Positions 62,809 to 64,000 of a stretch of 64,000 nt of DNA are shown here, in pieces. Origin of the DNA: Squalus acanthias (Eukaryota). The stretch covers positions 77,686,001 to 77,750,000 of the forward strand of contig CM059437.1 of the NCBI GenBank assembly GCA_030390025.1. The letters run 5' to 3'. Numbering within the stretch: position 1 is the first letter of the stretch; each line of letters opens with the position of its first letter. The translations under genes were made by a program, and so were the position numbers. The notes under the pieces are model-generated. The model searched no databases, was not told the DNA's origin, and saw nothing but the letters and a program-made list of their open reading frames with translations.

Positions 62809-64000
62809 ATGGAAAACATCCTTAAACCATCGCGTCTTGACTTGGACCCAAACACCCCAGCAGCCGGTAAGGTGTGGAAACACTGGTATCGCATGTTTGA
62901 CAATTTTCTGGAATATTGTAAGGCTGATGATGACTCAAAGTTGCGGCTACTCATCAACTGTGTCACCCCAAATGTATTTCAGTATGTGGAGGAATGGGAC
63001 AGTTACGAGGAGGCAATTCAGAAGCTTAAGAGACTATATACTAAGACACCGAATGAGGTCTATGCCAGACATCTACTTGCTACAGCCCAACAAGGGCCGG
63101 AGGAATCCATTGATAAATTCCTCCAAGAGCTTCGCAGACTTAGTATGGACTGTAACTTTCGGGCGGCCTCAGCTGAGCTGTACCGTGAAGAAATGATCCG
63201 TGATGCTTTCATCTGCGGGCTTGCCTCCCCATTTATACGCCAGCGTCTACTGGAAAGTAAGACACTTGAGCTTCAGAGAGCTTATGACATGGCTTGCTCT
63301 CTAGATCTGGCAAAAAGAAATACAGACCTTTATACAGTGCCCAGACCTCGGTCTACTGCCTTAACTACAGTCAGGCAATTTAAGAGGCCACAGGTGAACT
63401 CTATTAGGGAGGTCTTTATCCCTGACGATCAATCTGATGACTTCACTGATGAAGAGGATGATGACCCCACTGTGGCAGCCTCTTGGCAATCTAAGAAATG
63501 CTTCTTTTGTGGTGATGAGTTCCACCCTCGGAAATTCTGCCCTGCTCGCAATGCGTTTTGCAGTCATTGCAACAAAAAGGGTCATTTTGCAAAGGTTTGC
63601 CTATCAAGAGCCTCTACGAGGGCTTATCAAGCTAAGTCCTACCGAACTGCTCCGGTAAGGGCCTATCAAGATGTTCCGGCTAAAATCTATCGTGCTTCCT
63701 CTCGAAGAAACACACCTAGAGTTTCAGCCACGACACCAATTACAGCTGCTTGTCCTCAGAACCTATTCCATGCAGCTACAAAAGCATCAATTAATGGACA
63801 TACTTTAGATGCCTTAATTGACTCAGGTAGCACTGATAGTTTCATTAGGGAACAGATTGTTGCAGAGTTAAAGCTACATGTTTTCCCATCGGACCAGGCA
63901 GTTGCGATGGCTCAGTCATCACTTAATACCAGAATTTCTGGCTTTTGTATGGTTGAAATAACACTTAATGGTCGCAGGTATCCCTCCACCCGGCTTTCGG
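62809..64000 (+). CDS. Ty3/Gypsy Gag-Pol polyprotein, N-terminal part (runs off the window)
   Basis: Hand-translated 397 codons with no stop: MENILKPSRLDLDPN...WKHW...YARHLLAT...IRDAFICGL...IRQRLLE; two CCHC knuckles CFFCGDEFHPRKFC and CSHCNKKGHFAKVC; aspartic protease ALIDSGSTDSF in the same frame. Missing from the ORF track because it has no stop in the window. Confidence 0.95.
   Translation, partial: MENILKPSRLDLDPNTPAAGKVWKHWYRMFDNFLEYCKADDDSKLRLLINCVTPNVFQYVEEWDSYEEAIQKLKRLYTKTPNEVYARHLLATAQQGPEESIDKFLQELRRLSMDCNFRAASAELYREEMIRDAFICGLASPFIRQRLLESKTLELQRAYDMACSLDLAKRNTDLYTVPRPRSTALTTVRQFKRPQVNSIREVFIPDDQSDDFTDEEDDDPTVAASWQSKKCFFCGDEFHPRKFCPARNAFCSHCNKKGHFAKVCLSRASTRAYQAKSYRTAPVRAYQDVPAKIYRASSRRNTPRVSATTPITAACPQNLFHAATKASINGHTLDALIDSGSTDSFIREQIVAELKLHVFPSDQAVAMAQSSLNTRISGFCMVEITLNGRRYPSTRLS

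Noticed and set aside
62768-63658. ORF-track entries 62768-63196, 62784-62966, 63361-63585 and 63437-63658
   Set aside because: These are alternative-frame shadows of the real Gag-Pol frame starting at 62809.

Overview
This is eukaryotic, intron-rich genomic DNA, most likely from a shark or other cartilaginous fish (inferred from the repeats: Deu-domain SacSINE1-like SINEs, LF-SINE-like SINEs, CR1/L2 LINEs, Penelope ends, Harbinger elements). Most ORFs in the supplied track are spurious. Two host genes are supported, both on the + strand. (1) The last two coding exons of an ABCB-subfamily ABC transporter (1240-1362; 12788-13021). (2) After a CpG-rich promoter, exons 1-3 of an EMI-domain secreted protein of the EMID1/COL26A1 family (21730-21938, 29572-29688, 30565-30668). 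I found no exon 4, so the rest of the window is probably one long intron. The window ends in an uninterrupted Ty3/Gypsy element (194-bp LTR plus an open gag-protease frame). It has no tRNA-type primer site but has an 11-nt perfect LTR/PBS complement, suggesting Tf1-like self-priming. Other notable items are a minimal Penelope-type hammerhead ribozyme motif (418-455, minus strand), a TTA-flanked Harbinger element nested in a CR1, a SINE carrying a 12x33-bp internal expansion, and a decayed Gypsy fossil. Repeat family names and paralog comparisons come from recalled consensus sequences, not database searches. Boundaries of decayed repeats are approximate.
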